NCBI GenBank assembly: GCA_964459985.1
Contig: CAYWOS010000007.1
Location: 17,920-81,919 of the forward strand
DNA: 64,000 nt
Reading direction: 5' to 3'
From: an uncultured Oscillospiraceae bacterium
GTDB taxonomy: Bacteria; Bacillota; Clostridia; Christensenellales; Aristaeellaceae
In this document: piece by piece, positions 46,602 to 56,037 of the stretch
Position numbering within the stretch: position 1 is the stretch's first letter
Layout of the letters: each line of letters opens with the position of its first letter
Made by a program: the position numbers and the translations under genes
The notes under the pieces: model-generated
The model's database searches: none
The model's input: the letters and a program-made list of their open reading frames with translations, nothing else
What the model was told of the DNA's origin: nothing

Positions 46602-49600
46602 TCACGACCGGTACAGCCGGAGCGTCAGCACCTTGAACGGCGTAAAGCGGAGAGCGATTTCGCCATTCCGCACGGGCAGGGGCGAAATCGGGTTTTCGAG
46701 CATGTCGCACAGCGCCGCGCCGCGAAGCGGGAAGCCGACGGACAGCCGCGCGTCGGTCGCCGTCCGCTTGCTCTCGTACAAGCGGACGATCAGATCGCCG
46801 CTTTGGTCGTCCGCCGCCTTGACGGTTTCGGGAATGACGTTGTCCCGATCGACGGAGAAGGCGCTGAACGCGGGCGCGCTTCCGCCGCGCAGTACGACGG
46901 GAACATTCAGCTCGTACCCCTGCCGCACGGCGTCGCAGCCGAGCCACGCGCCCTCCCACGCCGCAAACGCGTAGGTAAAGCGATGAACGCCTTGATCGGC
47001 GCGCATTTCGGGCGCGGCGGGCGCGCGCAGCAGCGTCAGCTCGACGGCGCTGCCGTTGACGCTGACGCCGTACTTGCCGTCGTTGAGCACCGCCATGCCG
47101 CGTCCCGACTCGCACAGCGCGGTGTAGCGATGGTTGCACACCTCGAAGCGATCCTTGTCGTACTGCCGGCTGCGGTGCGTCGGACGCCGGACAAAGCCGA
47201 ACTGCATTTCGTTGAGCGCGGTATCGCTCCGTACGCCGGCGTCGAAGGACACCTTGAGCAGCCGGTGCAATTCGTGCCAGTCCACCGTGGTATCGAATTC
47301 GACGCGCGTCGCGCCGGCGGACAGCGAAACGACCTGCTCGATCGTCGAGTGTTCGCCCGCGTGCCGGAAGCGCAGCGCCGCCGTCACGCCCTCCGGCGTC
47401 ACGATCTCCCCGGAAAACGCCCCGTCCAGCGCGACGGGCTGGTCGATATAGCAGCTGTCGATATCCCACGCGTCAAAGGTGCGCGGCACATCCTTGAACA
47501 TTTCGAATCGGTTCATGACGCCGGTGAACGCCGCGCCCGTATCCTTGAGCACGTACGATTCGATCACGCCGCGCTCGCCGAACACGACGGCGATTCTGTC
47601 GTTTTCGAGGATCATTCGGCCGTCCGCTTGGTGCGCGCGCGCGACGGGCGCGTTCAGGCCGTTGTCGGAGGGCAGCAGCGATACGTGCCCCATCGGCGGT
47701 ACGGCGACGAGCGCCGCGCCGCCGCGCACGGCGATTTCCTCGCCCTCGATGGTTTTCGCGCCGCGCGTAAAGGCGTCGGGCAGCGATACGACCGCGCGGC
47801 GCGCCCACGGCAGCGAGTTGAACGCCGTGACGCCCTCGCCCGCGATCAGCGCGTCCATCGCGCCGTGCGCGAGCGCCGAAACGTCTTCATGGATCGCTTC
47901 GTGCGCCGCCCGCGCCTCCTCGTACACGCGGGCGATGGAGGAGCCGGGCAGAATGTCGTGGAACTGGTGCAAAAGCACGCCTTTCCAATTCTCGGTCAAC
48001 GCGGCGAAGGGATACGCCCTGCCCGTCCGCGCAAGCGCGAGCGCGCCCCACATCTCGGCCTCGCGCAGCGTCAGCTCGTTTCTGCGGTTCCAGCGCTTGA
48101 TACTCGCCTGCGAGGTGTACGTCCCGCGATGCGCCGAAAAGTACAATTCGCCCTCCCATGTGTCCTTGGGCCCGCCCTTTTCCTCCAGATCAGAAAACAG
48201 CTTCACGGGCGAAGCCATCTCGACGCGCGGCGCGCCCTCGAGGTTTCTCTCGCGCAGCGCGTACTCGATATCGTCGCGGCACGGGCCGCCGCCGCCGTCG
48301 CCGTAGCCGAAGGGAATGAGGAAGCTGTCCAGATTGCGTGTCTGCGCGCGGCTTTTCCAGACGTCGCACATTTCCTTGGGGTCCATGTGATAGGTATAGC
48401 TGGTGGGCAGGAAGGAGACGATCTCGCTGCCGTCCATGCCGCGCCAGTTGAAGTAGTGGTACGGGAAGCGCTCGCCGTCGTTGTAGCTCCAGAAAATCTT
48501 CTGCGTCACCAGATACCGAACGCCGCAGCCCTTGAGCAATTGCGGCAGCGCCGCCGTATAGCCGAAGGTGTCGGGCAGCCAGAGCATCCGGCTCTCGACG
48601 CCGAATTCCTCGCGATAAAAGCGTTTGCCGATCGCCAACTGCCTGATCAGCGCTTCGCCGCCCGCCATATTGGTATCGGGTTCGACATACATCGCGCCCT
48701 CGGCGATCCAGCGCCCCGCTTTGATCGCCGCGCGGATCTTTTCGTACAGCTTCGGGTAATGCGCCCGGCACATTTCGTACGCGGCGGGCTGGCTTTGGAT
48801 GAACAGGTATTCGGGATATCTGTCGAGCAGACGCAGCTGCTGGGCGAAGGTGCGCGCCGTTTTGCGGAAGGTTTCCCGCATCGGCCACAGCCACGCCAGA
48901 TCGATGTGCGCGTTGCCCACGGCGTAGTACCTCGGCGCGCTGTCGCCGTTCTCCGCCGCGAGCGCCGGCGCGAGGACGGCGCGCGCCGCCCTGTAATCGC
49001 GGATGCGCGCTTCGGGCGGCTGCTCGAAATCAACGGCGAAAGTAAACTTTTCCAGCGCGTCGGCGATATTCGCGGCGCGCAGCGATTCCTCGGGCAGGCA
49101 CGGGAGCAATTCCCACAGCGTCATGGCGTCCATATACAGCTGATAGGCGTCCGCGTTCCATACGCCGATGCCCGAATGCCCGACGACGGCGCGCCCGCCC
49201 GTCCTGTCGGGCGGCGCGTATTCGCCGCCCATGACCGGCCCCGTGGCGCAGCCGGGGAAATCATGCCCGGCGTACACCTCAAAGAGCAAGTCATAGACCG
49301 CGCCCGCCTCGCCCGCGCGCGTCAGCACATTGTCCTCGTAAAAATGATGCGGCGTGCGCACCCATTCGGCGCGCCGCGTGCCGAATTCCTCGCCGTTGAC
49401 GAACAGCGTCGCCTCGCCCGACAGATCCAGGTTCATGACGACCGCGCGTCCCTGCGCGGCCTCGGGCAGCGTGACGCGCGCCTTGAGCCACAGATACTCC
49501 CACGTTTCGCCCCAGCGCTCGCCCTCGCGGACGGGCACGAAATCGCGGCCTGCCGCTTCCTCCGGCGTCAGATGCTCGAAGGTGCGGAAGCCCGTGAAAT

Positions 49601-49691
49601 CAACGGGCGCGATTTCATGATACAGATCATCGGCGAGCGCCGCCATCCAATGCCTGACGCGATCCCTGTACTCCGGTCGCAAAACACCCAT
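46602..49691 (-). CDS. GH38 alpha-mannosidase, cytoplasmic
   Basis: 1029 aa. GH38 N-domain GNAHIDLAWLWP, WLPDTFGY, FGYGDGGGGP. GGAGGG RBS. Confidence 0.85.
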   Translation of the reverse strand: MGVLRPEYRDRVRHWMAALADDLYHEIAPVDFTGFRTFEHLTPEEAAGRDFVPVREGERWGETWEYLWLKARVTLPEAAQGRAVVMNLDLSGEATLFVNGEEFGTRRAEWVRTPHHFYEDNVLTRAGEAGAVYDLLFEVYAGHDFPGCATGPVMGGEYAPPDRTGGRAVVGHSGIGVWNADAYQLYMDAMTLWELLPCLPEESLRAANIADALEKFTFAVDFEQPPEARIRDYRAARAVLAPALAAENGDSAPRYYAVGNAHIDLAWLWPMRETFRKTARTFAQQLRLLDRYPEYLFIQSQPAAYEMCRAHYPKLYEKIRAAIKAGRWIAEGAMYVEPDTNMAGGEALIRQLAIGKRFYREEFGVESRMLWLPDTFGYTAALPQLLKGCGVRYLVTQKIFWSYNDGERFPYHYFNWRGMDGSEIVSFLPTSYTYHMDPKEMCDVWKSRAQTRNLDSFLIPFGYGDGGGGPCRDDIEYALRERNLEGAPRVEMASPVKLFSDLEEKGGPKDTWEGELYFSAHRGTYTSQASIKRWNRRNELTLREAEMWGALALARTGRAYPFAALTENWKGVLLHQFHDILPGSSIARVYEEARAAHEAIHEDVSALAHGAMDALIAGEGVTAFNSLPWARRAVVSLPDAFTRGAKTIEGEEIAVRGGAALVAVPPMGHVSLLPSDNGLNAPVARAHQADGRMILENDRIAVVFGERGVIESYVLKDTGAAFTGVMNRFEMFKDVPRTFDAWDIDSCYIDQPVALDGAFSGEIVTPEGVTAALRFRHAGEHSTIEQVVSLSAGATRVEFDTTVDWHELHRLLKVSFDAGVRSDTALNEMQFGFVRRPTHRSRQYDKDRFEVCNHRYTALCESGRGMAVLNDGKYGVSVNGSAVELTLLRAPAAPEMRADQGVHRFTYAFAAWEGAWLGCDAVRQGYELNVPVVLRGGSAPAFSAFSVDRDNVIPETVKAADDQSGDLIVRLYESKRTATDARLSVGFPLRGAALCDMLENPISPLPVRNGEIALRFTPFKVLTLRLYRS

Positions 49692-49721
49692 AGTATTCCC
49701 TCCGATATATGAATGATGGAT

Positions 49722-51077
49722 TTACAGCGCGAGCCTGAACGCCGGCGCGAGCGGACGCTGACCGGCGAGCGCTCGCGGCAGCGCGACGGTCACGCCGTCG
49801 GCGTCGCATGAAAAGGCGGGGCTTTCGCCCGTCGAAAGCTCGACGACGGCTTTCGCGCCGCCCTGCCACGGAATGCGCAGCGTTTCGCCGAGCGTTTCGC
49901 CCTCGGGCAGGCGCATTACGGCGTACGCGGCGCCGTTTTTGCGCGTGAACGCCCATTCGCCGCGCTCGTAGGGCGGGCAGACGCGCGTGCCGTAGATCGC
50001 CTCGCCGTTCCGCGCCAGCCATTCGCCCAGCCCGCGCGCCGATTCCATGGCACGACGCGGCAGGCGGCCGTCGGGCTGCGGCGCGATATTGAGCGCCAGA
50101 TTGCCGCCGCGACAGACGACGGAAATCAGCAGATGCGCAAGCGTTCGCGGTGATTTATAGTCGTCGTCGAAGGAATAGGCGAAGCCGCGCCCGACGGAAA
50201 CGCAGCTTTCCCAAGGCACGCCGATCACGCGGTCGGGCACGCTCTGCTCGGGCGTGATGTAGTTTTCGTACGCGCCGCCAACCGTGCGGTCGGCGAAGAG
50301 CAGCCCGGGATTCCTTTTGCGCAGGCGCGCGGCGAGCGCGTCCAAACGGATGTCCTGCCCGTTCTGCGGCGCGACCTGCCCGCCGTCGAGCCACAGGATG
50401 TCCACCGGCCCGTACTTCTCGGCCAGCTCGCAAAGCTGCGCGTGCGTGAACGCCACAAAGCGATCCCACAGTTCGGGATGCTTTTTCGGGTCGTAGGTCG
50501 GGTTGCGCGAGTACGCCACGGGCTTTTCCATACCCTTGGCCCAGTACCACGGGCAATGCCAGTCCGCCTTGGAAAAGTACGGCGCGATCGCGATGCCCTC
50601 GGCGCGGAAAGCGTCAAAGGCGTGGCGGACGATATCGGCGTACCGGTGCGTATGGAAGGGGCAAAGGGGGCTTGTCACCTTGTAATCGGTTTCGTCGGTA
50701 TCGAACAGGCAAAAGCCGTCGTGATGCTTGGTGGTGAGGATATAGTAGCGAAAGCCGCATTCCTTGGCGAACCGCGCCCATTTCTCCGGCTCGAAGCGGA
50801 GCGGGTTGAAGGATTTCATCAGATCGAAATACTGCTGCCTGAACCGCTCGCCGTCCGCCTCCCATGTGTAGTCGGTGCGCGACCAGTGCGCATCGCCGTC
50901 CGATATCGGCCAGCTCTCGCACATGCCCATTTGCGAGTACACGCCGAAATGCATCATCAGCGCCAGCTTCTGATCCTGAAACCACTGAAGCCTGTCCCGC
51001 ACCGCCTGTTCGGCGGGGACGACATAGCTTTCCTCCGCGCTGCAGCCATGCATTCCTTCGTTAATGAGATCGGCCAT
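49722..51077 (-). CDS. GH29 alpha-L-fucosidase, cytoplasmic
   Basis: 451 aa. TTKHHDGFCLFDT and DILWLDGG motifs. The start lies 1 nt after the GH18 stop. Confidence 0.85.
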   Translation of the reverse strand: MADLINEGMHGCSAEESYVVPAEQAVRDRLQWFQDQKLALMMHFGVYSQMGMCESWPISDGDAHWSRTDYTWEADGERFRQQYFDLMKSFNPLRFEPEKWARFAKECGFRYYILTTKHHDGFCLFDTDETDYKVTSPLCPFHTHRYADIVRHAFDAFRAEGIAIAPYFSKADWHCPWYWAKGMEKPVAYSRNPTYDPKKHPELWDRFVAFTHAQLCELAEKYGPVDILWLDGGQVAPQNGQDIRLDALAARLRKRNPGLLFADRTVGGAYENYITPEQSVPDRVIGVPWESCVSVGRGFAYSFDDDYKSPRTLAHLLISVVCRGGNLALNIAPQPDGRLPRRAMESARGLGEWLARNGEAIYGTRVCPPYERGEWAFTRKNGAAYAVMRLPEGETLGETLRIPWQGGAKAVVELSTGESPAFSCDADGVTVALPRALAGQRPLAPAFRLAL

Positions 51078-51078
51078 G

Positions 51079-52095
51079 CTACGCCTCCCCGTCCCTGCCG
51101 AGCGCCCGCGCCATCGCGGTCAGCAACCGCCGCGTCCCGTCGCAGCCGTGCTCCCAGTACATGATGCCGAGCAGCCCTTTTTCCAGAAGATAGCGACACT
51201 TGGCGGCGATCGAAAGCTCGTCGTCATAGCTGATCAGTTCGCCGTCCCTGTACAGCCACGGCGCCTGCGCCGATTCGTCCCAATACCGCGTCCAGCCGTT
51301 CTTCCCGATATAGTCCGCGGCGAGCACCCCGTAGTCCGGCCCGCCCTGCCCGACTGTGCCGGCGGGCATGAACATCCCGTGATCGGTATCGGGAACGCCG
51401 CCCCAGCGCCGCGCGTAGAACGCCGCGCCGACAATCATTTTTTCATACGGCACGCCCGCCGCGTGAAACGCCTCGACGGTGGAGGACATGCAGACGCGCG
51501 GGTCGCCTTTTTCTGAAGGGAAGGGCGCGGTGTGATGCCCCGCTTCGCTGCAAAAGCCCGAGCGCATGTCGTACGTCATGAGCTGCACGTAGTCCAGCGG
51601 CCCGTGCGCCCGCGCCATCTCGGTATCGCGGACAAAATGGTCGAGCGCGCCCGCCGCGATGGAAACGATCCTGTCCCTGAACGCGTCGCGCAGCGCCCGC
51701 AACAGCAGCGTGAAATTTTCCCTGTCGCGCGGATCGGCGTCGATACCCGCCGAATCATTGCACGGATACTCCCAGTCGATATCCACGCCGTCAAGCGCGT
51801 GCTCGTCGCAGATGCGGCGGCAGCTTGCGGCAAACGCGCGGCGTCCCTCTTCGGTCAGCGCCATATCGGAAAACCCGCCCGCGCCCCAACCGCCGACGGA
51901 CAGCACCAGTTTGATCTCTTTGTTCCACGCCCGAATGCGGGGAAGGCAGGACAAATGCTTGAGATGCCCGACGTCCGCCAGCCCGTTTTTGACCACGCCG
52001 AAAGCGATATTGATATGCGTGAGCATGCGCGCGTCCCGCTCGGTCACGCCGGGCAGCGCATCGTCGGTCACATAGCCGAGAATATACGGTTTCAT
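51079..52095 (-). CDS. GH18 family enzyme (endo-beta-N-acetylglucosaminidase/chitinase-like), cytoplasmic
   Basis: 338 aa. Catalytic motif DGVDIDWEYP and SVGGWG. No signal peptide. Confidence 0.8.
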   Translation of the reverse strand: MKPYILGYVTDDALPGVTERDARMLTHINIAFGVVKNGLADVGHLKHLSCLPRIRAWNKEIKLVLSVGGWGAGGFSDMALTEEGRRAFAASCRRICDEHALDGVDIDWEYPCNDSAGIDADPRDRENFTLLLRALRDAFRDRIVSIAAGALDHFVRDTEMARAHGPLDYVQLMTYDMRSGFCSEAGHHTAPFPSEKGDPRVCMSSTVEAFHAAGVPYEKMIVGAAFYARRWGGVPDTDHGMFMPAGTVGQGGPDYGVLAADYIGKNGWTRYWDESAQAPWLYRDGELISYDDELSIAAKCRYLLEKGLLGIMYWEHGCDGTRRLLTAMARALGRDGEA

Positions 52096-52133
52096 CCTGT
52101 CATCCTCCCGAAAAATGATGAGGTCTCCGCTCC

Positions 52134-52162
52134 ATTATACGGCATCCGCCGATCGGTGTACA
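52134..52162 (-). promoter_or_regulatory. candidate internal promoter for the GH18-GH29-GH38 genes (TGTACA-17-TATAAT)
   Basis: Minus-strand -35 at 52162-52157 and -10 TATAAT at 52139-52134. Confidence 0.35.
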
Positions 52163-52175
52163 GCACGAAATATAC

Positions 52176-52244
52176 GCATAGCCGCCGCGACGCGCGGCGG
52201 CTATGCCGATGAAAGGCGCGCTCCCGCCGAGGGCGGGAGCGCGC
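52176..52244 (-). terminator. two tandem strong stem-loops after the binding-protein gene
   Basis: GCATAGCCGCCGCG (52176-52189) pairs with CGCGGCGGCTATGC (52193-52206). GCGCGCTCCCGCC (52216-52228) pairs with GGCGGGAGCGCGC (52232-52244). Only short T-tracts on the minus strand. Confidence 0.5.
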
Positions 52245-52254
52245 GGCAGGCGAA

Positions 52255-53817
52255 TTACTTGAGGGTTTCAACGCCCAGCGTGCGCGCGTAGATTTCGGTC
52301 AGCTCGGGAACGCCGTAGGTCACCAGCTGATTCACATACGCGTCCCAGCCCTCGGCGATATCGGCCTCGCCGCTGATGAACTGCGCCTGAATGGTCTCGA
52401 CATAGGAATTGATGTCGGTGGCGAGAACGGCGGAGCGGTTCATATCGGCTTCGTTGCTGACCCATACCTTATCGATGGTCTCGTTGAGGTACGCCCTGTA
52501 CAATTCGTCGGCGATGTCCATTTCCTTGTATTCGGGCGTGGCGTCCGCCGAGGCGACCAATTGCATGTCGCGCATGTACTTGGGCAGCGACTGGCAGTAG
52601 AAATTGCTCCAGGAGTACTTGTCCTTCTTCGCCTGATCCCAATCGGCGGTATTCGCGGACTGGTAGACGTCCTCCTCGAGCTTTTCGATGTTGATGCCCA
52701 AGGGGCCCCACTGGATCTGCGCCGAATTGTCCTTGGTGAAGGTATTGTCAAACCAGCGGACGATGATCGCCGCCGTCTGCTCGTCGCACTTGTCGGTCAG
52801 GGCGACCTGCGTACGGAAGAAGGTGACGCCGTAGCTGTTGCGGTGGAACAGGGGCTTGTCGCAGTCCGGGCTGGTCAGCACGGGAAGCGGCTTATACGGC
52901 GTGTACTGATCGACCCAATCGAAGAAATCGCCCGAGCCGTACGCGATGCTGACGCCGTACAGGCCCTGCTTGCCCTTGGCTTTCCACATGGCGAGGTCCT
53001 GCGTGAAGAGCTCGGGGTCGATGAGCTTTTCGTCGTACAGATCGTTGAAGAACTCAAGGAACGCCTTGTATTCCGGCGTGTTGGCGGAGAAACGGAGCTT
53101 GCCGTCCACCAGCTCGAAGTACGGATAGGTGGCGGTCCGGGACACATCGACGCCGAACCAGCCGGCGAGCATCCCGATGTTCAGGTTGTTGGGGTCGCCC
53201 GAGAAGGGGATTTCGTCGTTCGGGTCGCCGTTGCCGTTGGCGTCCTTGTCGCGGAAGGCGATCAGAACGTTCTTGAATTCCTCGGTCGTGGTCGGCATGT
53301 TCAGGCCGAGACGGTCAAGCCATTCCTGATTGATGTAGGGCTTGAAGGTGCACTCCGGCTCGCCGATGACGTAGGGAATGGTGTAGATATGCCCGTCGGG
53401 CAGCGTGAACGCCTTGCGGACGGCCTCGTTCTCGAGGATTTCCGTGATATTGGGCGCGTACTTGGCGAACAGCTCCTCAAGAGGGATGATCGTGCCGTCG
53501 GCGCTCAAATCCAGAATGTCCTGCGTGCCGAGCAGCCAGCCGCCGATGACCTCGGGATAGTCGCCGCCGTTGAGGAAGACGCCCATTTTTTCAAGCGCCG
53601 TCTGATACGGGAAGCACATGAACTCGACCTTGACGCCCGTTTGCTCTTCCAGCACGGGCAGCATGATCTTGTCTTCGACAAGGCCCGATTCGTCCACCAG
53701 AATGGTGAAGCCTTCGCCCGCCGTAACAATGGGGAGACCGGTCTCGTTGAAGTCCGCCAGCGCCGTGCAGGAGCACAGCACGAGCAGCGTCAACAGAAGG
53801 GCAGCGAGTTTCTTCAT
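52255..53817 (-). CDS. large extracellular solute-binding lipoprotein (LplA-like, CUT1)
   Basis: 520 aa. Lipoprotein signal MKKLAALLLTLLVLCSC. Confidence 0.8.
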   Translation of the reverse strand: MKKLAALLLTLLVLCSCTALADFNETGLPIVTAGEGFTILVDESGLVEDKIMLPVLEEQTGVKVEFMCFPYQTALEKMGVFLNGGDYPEVIGGWLLGTQDILDLSADGTIIPLEELFAKYAPNITEILENEAVRKAFTLPDGHIYTIPYVIGEPECTFKPYINQEWLDRLGLNMPTTTEEFKNVLIAFRDKDANGNGDPNDEIPFSGDPNNLNIGMLAGWFGVDVSRTATYPYFELVDGKLRFSANTPEYKAFLEFFNDLYDEKLIDPELFTQDLAMWKAKGKQGLYGVSIAYGSGDFFDWVDQYTPYKPLPVLTSPDCDKPLFHRNSYGVTFFRTQVALTDKCDEQTAAIIVRWFDNTFTKDNSAQIQWGPLGINIEKLEEDVYQSANTADWDQAKKDKYSWSNFYCQSLPKYMRDMQLVASADATPEYKEMDIADELYRAYLNETIDKVWVSNEADMNRSAVLATDINSYVETIQAQFISGEADIAEGWDAYVNQLVTYGVPELTEIYARTLGVETLK

Positions 53818-53880
53818 GGTTGTTACCTCCTTTTTATTGGCGCGTCCGCGCCGCGATAAGCGCCCGGAACGGGGCGCGTA

Positions 53881-54810
53881 TCATCCCTTGATGGCGCCGA
53901 TCATGACGCCCTTGACGAAAAACCTCTGCACGAACGGGTAGATGGCAAGCACGGGAAGGGTGGAAATAATGATCAGGGAATACTTCATCATTTCGACCAT
54001 CGCCTCGAGCCGCTCCTTTTCCGCCTGCTGCTCGGGCGTGTAGACCTTGACCGTGTTGCCCCATGAGTTTTGAAGCAGGATATTGCGCAATTCGAGCTGA
54101 AGCGGCCATTTCGCGCGGTCGGTGATGTACAAAAGCGCGCTGAAATACGAATTCCAATGGCCGATGCCGTAATAGAGCACCAGAATGGCGATGATGGCGC
54201 CCGAGAGCGGCAGCACGATGCGCAGGAAAAAGCGCGTGTTCCCGCAGCCGTCCAGCTGCGCCGCCTCGCGCAGCTCGCCCGGTATGTTGGTGATGAAGAA
54301 CGTCCGCGCCACGATCATGTTGTACACGCCGATCGATCCCGGAATGACCAGCGCCCACATGCTGTCCAGCAGCCCGGTGTTGCGCACGATCAGGTAGGTC
54401 GGCATCATGCCGCCGCCGATGAACATGGTGACCATGTAGAAGATCGTCACGAACTTGCGGGCGAAGAAATCCTTGCGCGAAAGCGCGTAGCTGGTGGGCA
54501 GCGTGAGCAGCAGGTTGATCGACACGCCCACGACGGTGTACAAAAGCGAATTGGTGAAGCCGCGGACGATGGTTTCCTCCTCGAGCACCTTCTGATAGCC
54601 CTCGAGGGAAAACCCGATGGGATAAAGCGTCACCTTGCCGGCGGCGACGGCGATGGGGTCGCTGACGGAGGAAATGACGACAAAATAGAGCGGATACGCG
54701 ACGATCAGCATGGCGAGGGACAGCAGGATGAACAGCGCGATATCGAAATTGCGGTCGCTGGCGCATCGGGAGAGCTTCTTGCGGCGGGGCTTGGCGACGG
54801 ACAGGCTCAT
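53881..54810 (-). CDS. sugar ABC transporter permease (LplC-like)
   Basis: 309 aa. EAA-like loop REAAQLDGCGNTRFFLRIVLPL. Confidence 0.85.
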   Translation of the reverse strand: MSLSVAKPRRKKLSRCASDRNFDIALFILLSLAMLIVAYPLYFVVISSVSDPIAVAAGKVTLYPIGFSLEGYQKVLEEETIVRGFTNSLLYTVVGVSINLLLTLPTSYALSRKDFFARKFVTIFYMVTMFIGGGMMPTYLIVRNTGLLDSMWALVIPGSIGVYNMIVARTFFITNIPGELREAAQLDGCGNTRFFLRIVLPLSGAIIAILVLYYGIGHWNSYFSALLYITDRAKWPLQLELRNILLQNSWGNTVKVYTPEQQAEKERLEAMVEMMKYSLIIISTLPVLAIYPFVQRFFVKGVMIGAIKG

Positions 54811-54823
54811 TCTCTTTCCCCCC

Positions 54824-55750
54824 TCACCACAGGCTGTTGTCCGACATTTTGCCGACGATGGCGTTGACGGAAACGAGCAGTATCGCGTTGACGACCGAAT
54901 TGAACAGATCGATCGCCGTCGAGAAGGATATGTCGCGCTTGATCAGGCCGATTTCGTACACATAGGTCGATATGATCTGGGAAACGCCCTTGTTCAGATC
55001 GTTTTGCAGCGCGTACGCCTTCTCGAACCCGATCGACAGGACGCTGCCGACGTTGAGGATGAGCAGCATGCACGCCACCGGCGCGAGCTGCGGCAAATCG
55101 ATGTGCCGCATTCGCTGGAGCTTGGTCGCGCCGTCGACGATCGCCGCCTCGTGGTACTCCGGGCTGACGCCGGCGAGCGCCGCGAAGTAGATGACCGAGT
55201 TCCATCCCATCGACTGCCAGATGCCCGACCAGACGTAGATGTGGCGCCACATGTACGCCTTGCCCATGAAATTGATCGGATCGCCCCCGAGCGTGCGGAT
55301 CATGGTGTTGACGACGCCGACGCGCGGGCTTAAAAACAGGATGATCATGCCGCACATGACGACGGTGGAAATGAAATGCGGCGCGTAGGTGATCGCCTGA
55401 ATCACGCGGCGGTAGCGCTTGTGGCGGAAGGAATTGAGCATCAGCGCCAGCAAGATGGCGATGGGAAACCCCGCGATCAGCGAATACACGCTCAAAACGA
55501 GGGTGTTGGATATGACGGGCCAAGCGTTCGCCGAGGAAAAGAAACGCCTGAAGTTGTCCAGCCCGACCCACGCGCTGCCCCAGATCCCCCGCTTGTACTT
55601 GAAGTTGCGGAAGGCGATCTGCACGCCGTAAATCGGGATATAGTGGTAGATCAGCGTGACGATCATGCCGGGAAGGCAAAACAGGAGCAAATCGAAATCG
55701 GACCGCACACGCTTCCAACGGCGGCTCGGCGTTCGCGCGGCACGGATCAA
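54824..55750 (-). CDS. sugar ABC transporter permease (LplB-like)
   Basis: The track start (GTG 55822) has no RBS. TTG at 55750 has GAGGAGGAA 8 nt upstream and retains the family N-terminus RRWKRVRSDFDLLLFCLPGMIVTLIYHYIPIYGVQIAF. Confidence 0.75.
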   Translation of the reverse strand: MIRAARTPSRRWKRVRSDFDLLLFCLPGMIVTLIYHYIPIYGVQIAFRNFKYKRGIWGSAWVGLDNFRRFFSSANAWPVISNTLVLSVYSLIAGFPIAILLALMLNSFRHKRYRRVIQAITYAPHFISTVVMCGMIILFLSPRVGVVNTMIRTLGGDPINFMGKAYMWRHIYVWSGIWQSMGWNSVIYFAALAGVSPEYHEAAIVDGATKLQRMRHIDLPQLAPVACMLLILNVGSVLSIGFEKAYALQNDLNKGVSQIISTYVYEIGLIKRDISFSTAIDLFNSVVNAILLVSVNAIVGKMSDNSLW

Positions 55751-55980
55751 GCGGCATTCCTCCTCTGCGTCTCTCTCGACCGGAAGCACATTAATTTCAA
55801 GCTCGAAATAATCATAGCACACAGTCGCCCGTATTGCAATACCCCTTGCCGCATATTTTTTTGCGGATCAGATACAATAGACTGTCGGGAAATATTTTGA
55901 CCAGTATTTTCATGCCAGATTTTGTATACTGGCCGTTTTTCCCGCGTTTTTTCTATATATTTCACGTTTGAAATTATATA

Positions 55981-56009
55981 TTGCATTTGCAAATCGGCTG
56001 TGCTATAAT
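55981..56009 (+). promoter_or_regulatory. candidate promoter of the ROK-cutC genes (TTGCAT-17-TATAAT)
   Basis: TTGCAT at 55981-55986 and TATAAT at 56004-56009, in an AT-rich divergent region. Overlaps the 10-bp palindrome ATTTGCAAAT (55985-55994). Confidence 0.5.
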
Positions 56010-56037
56010 AGCCGGGTAGAATGAACCGAAGGCTGCG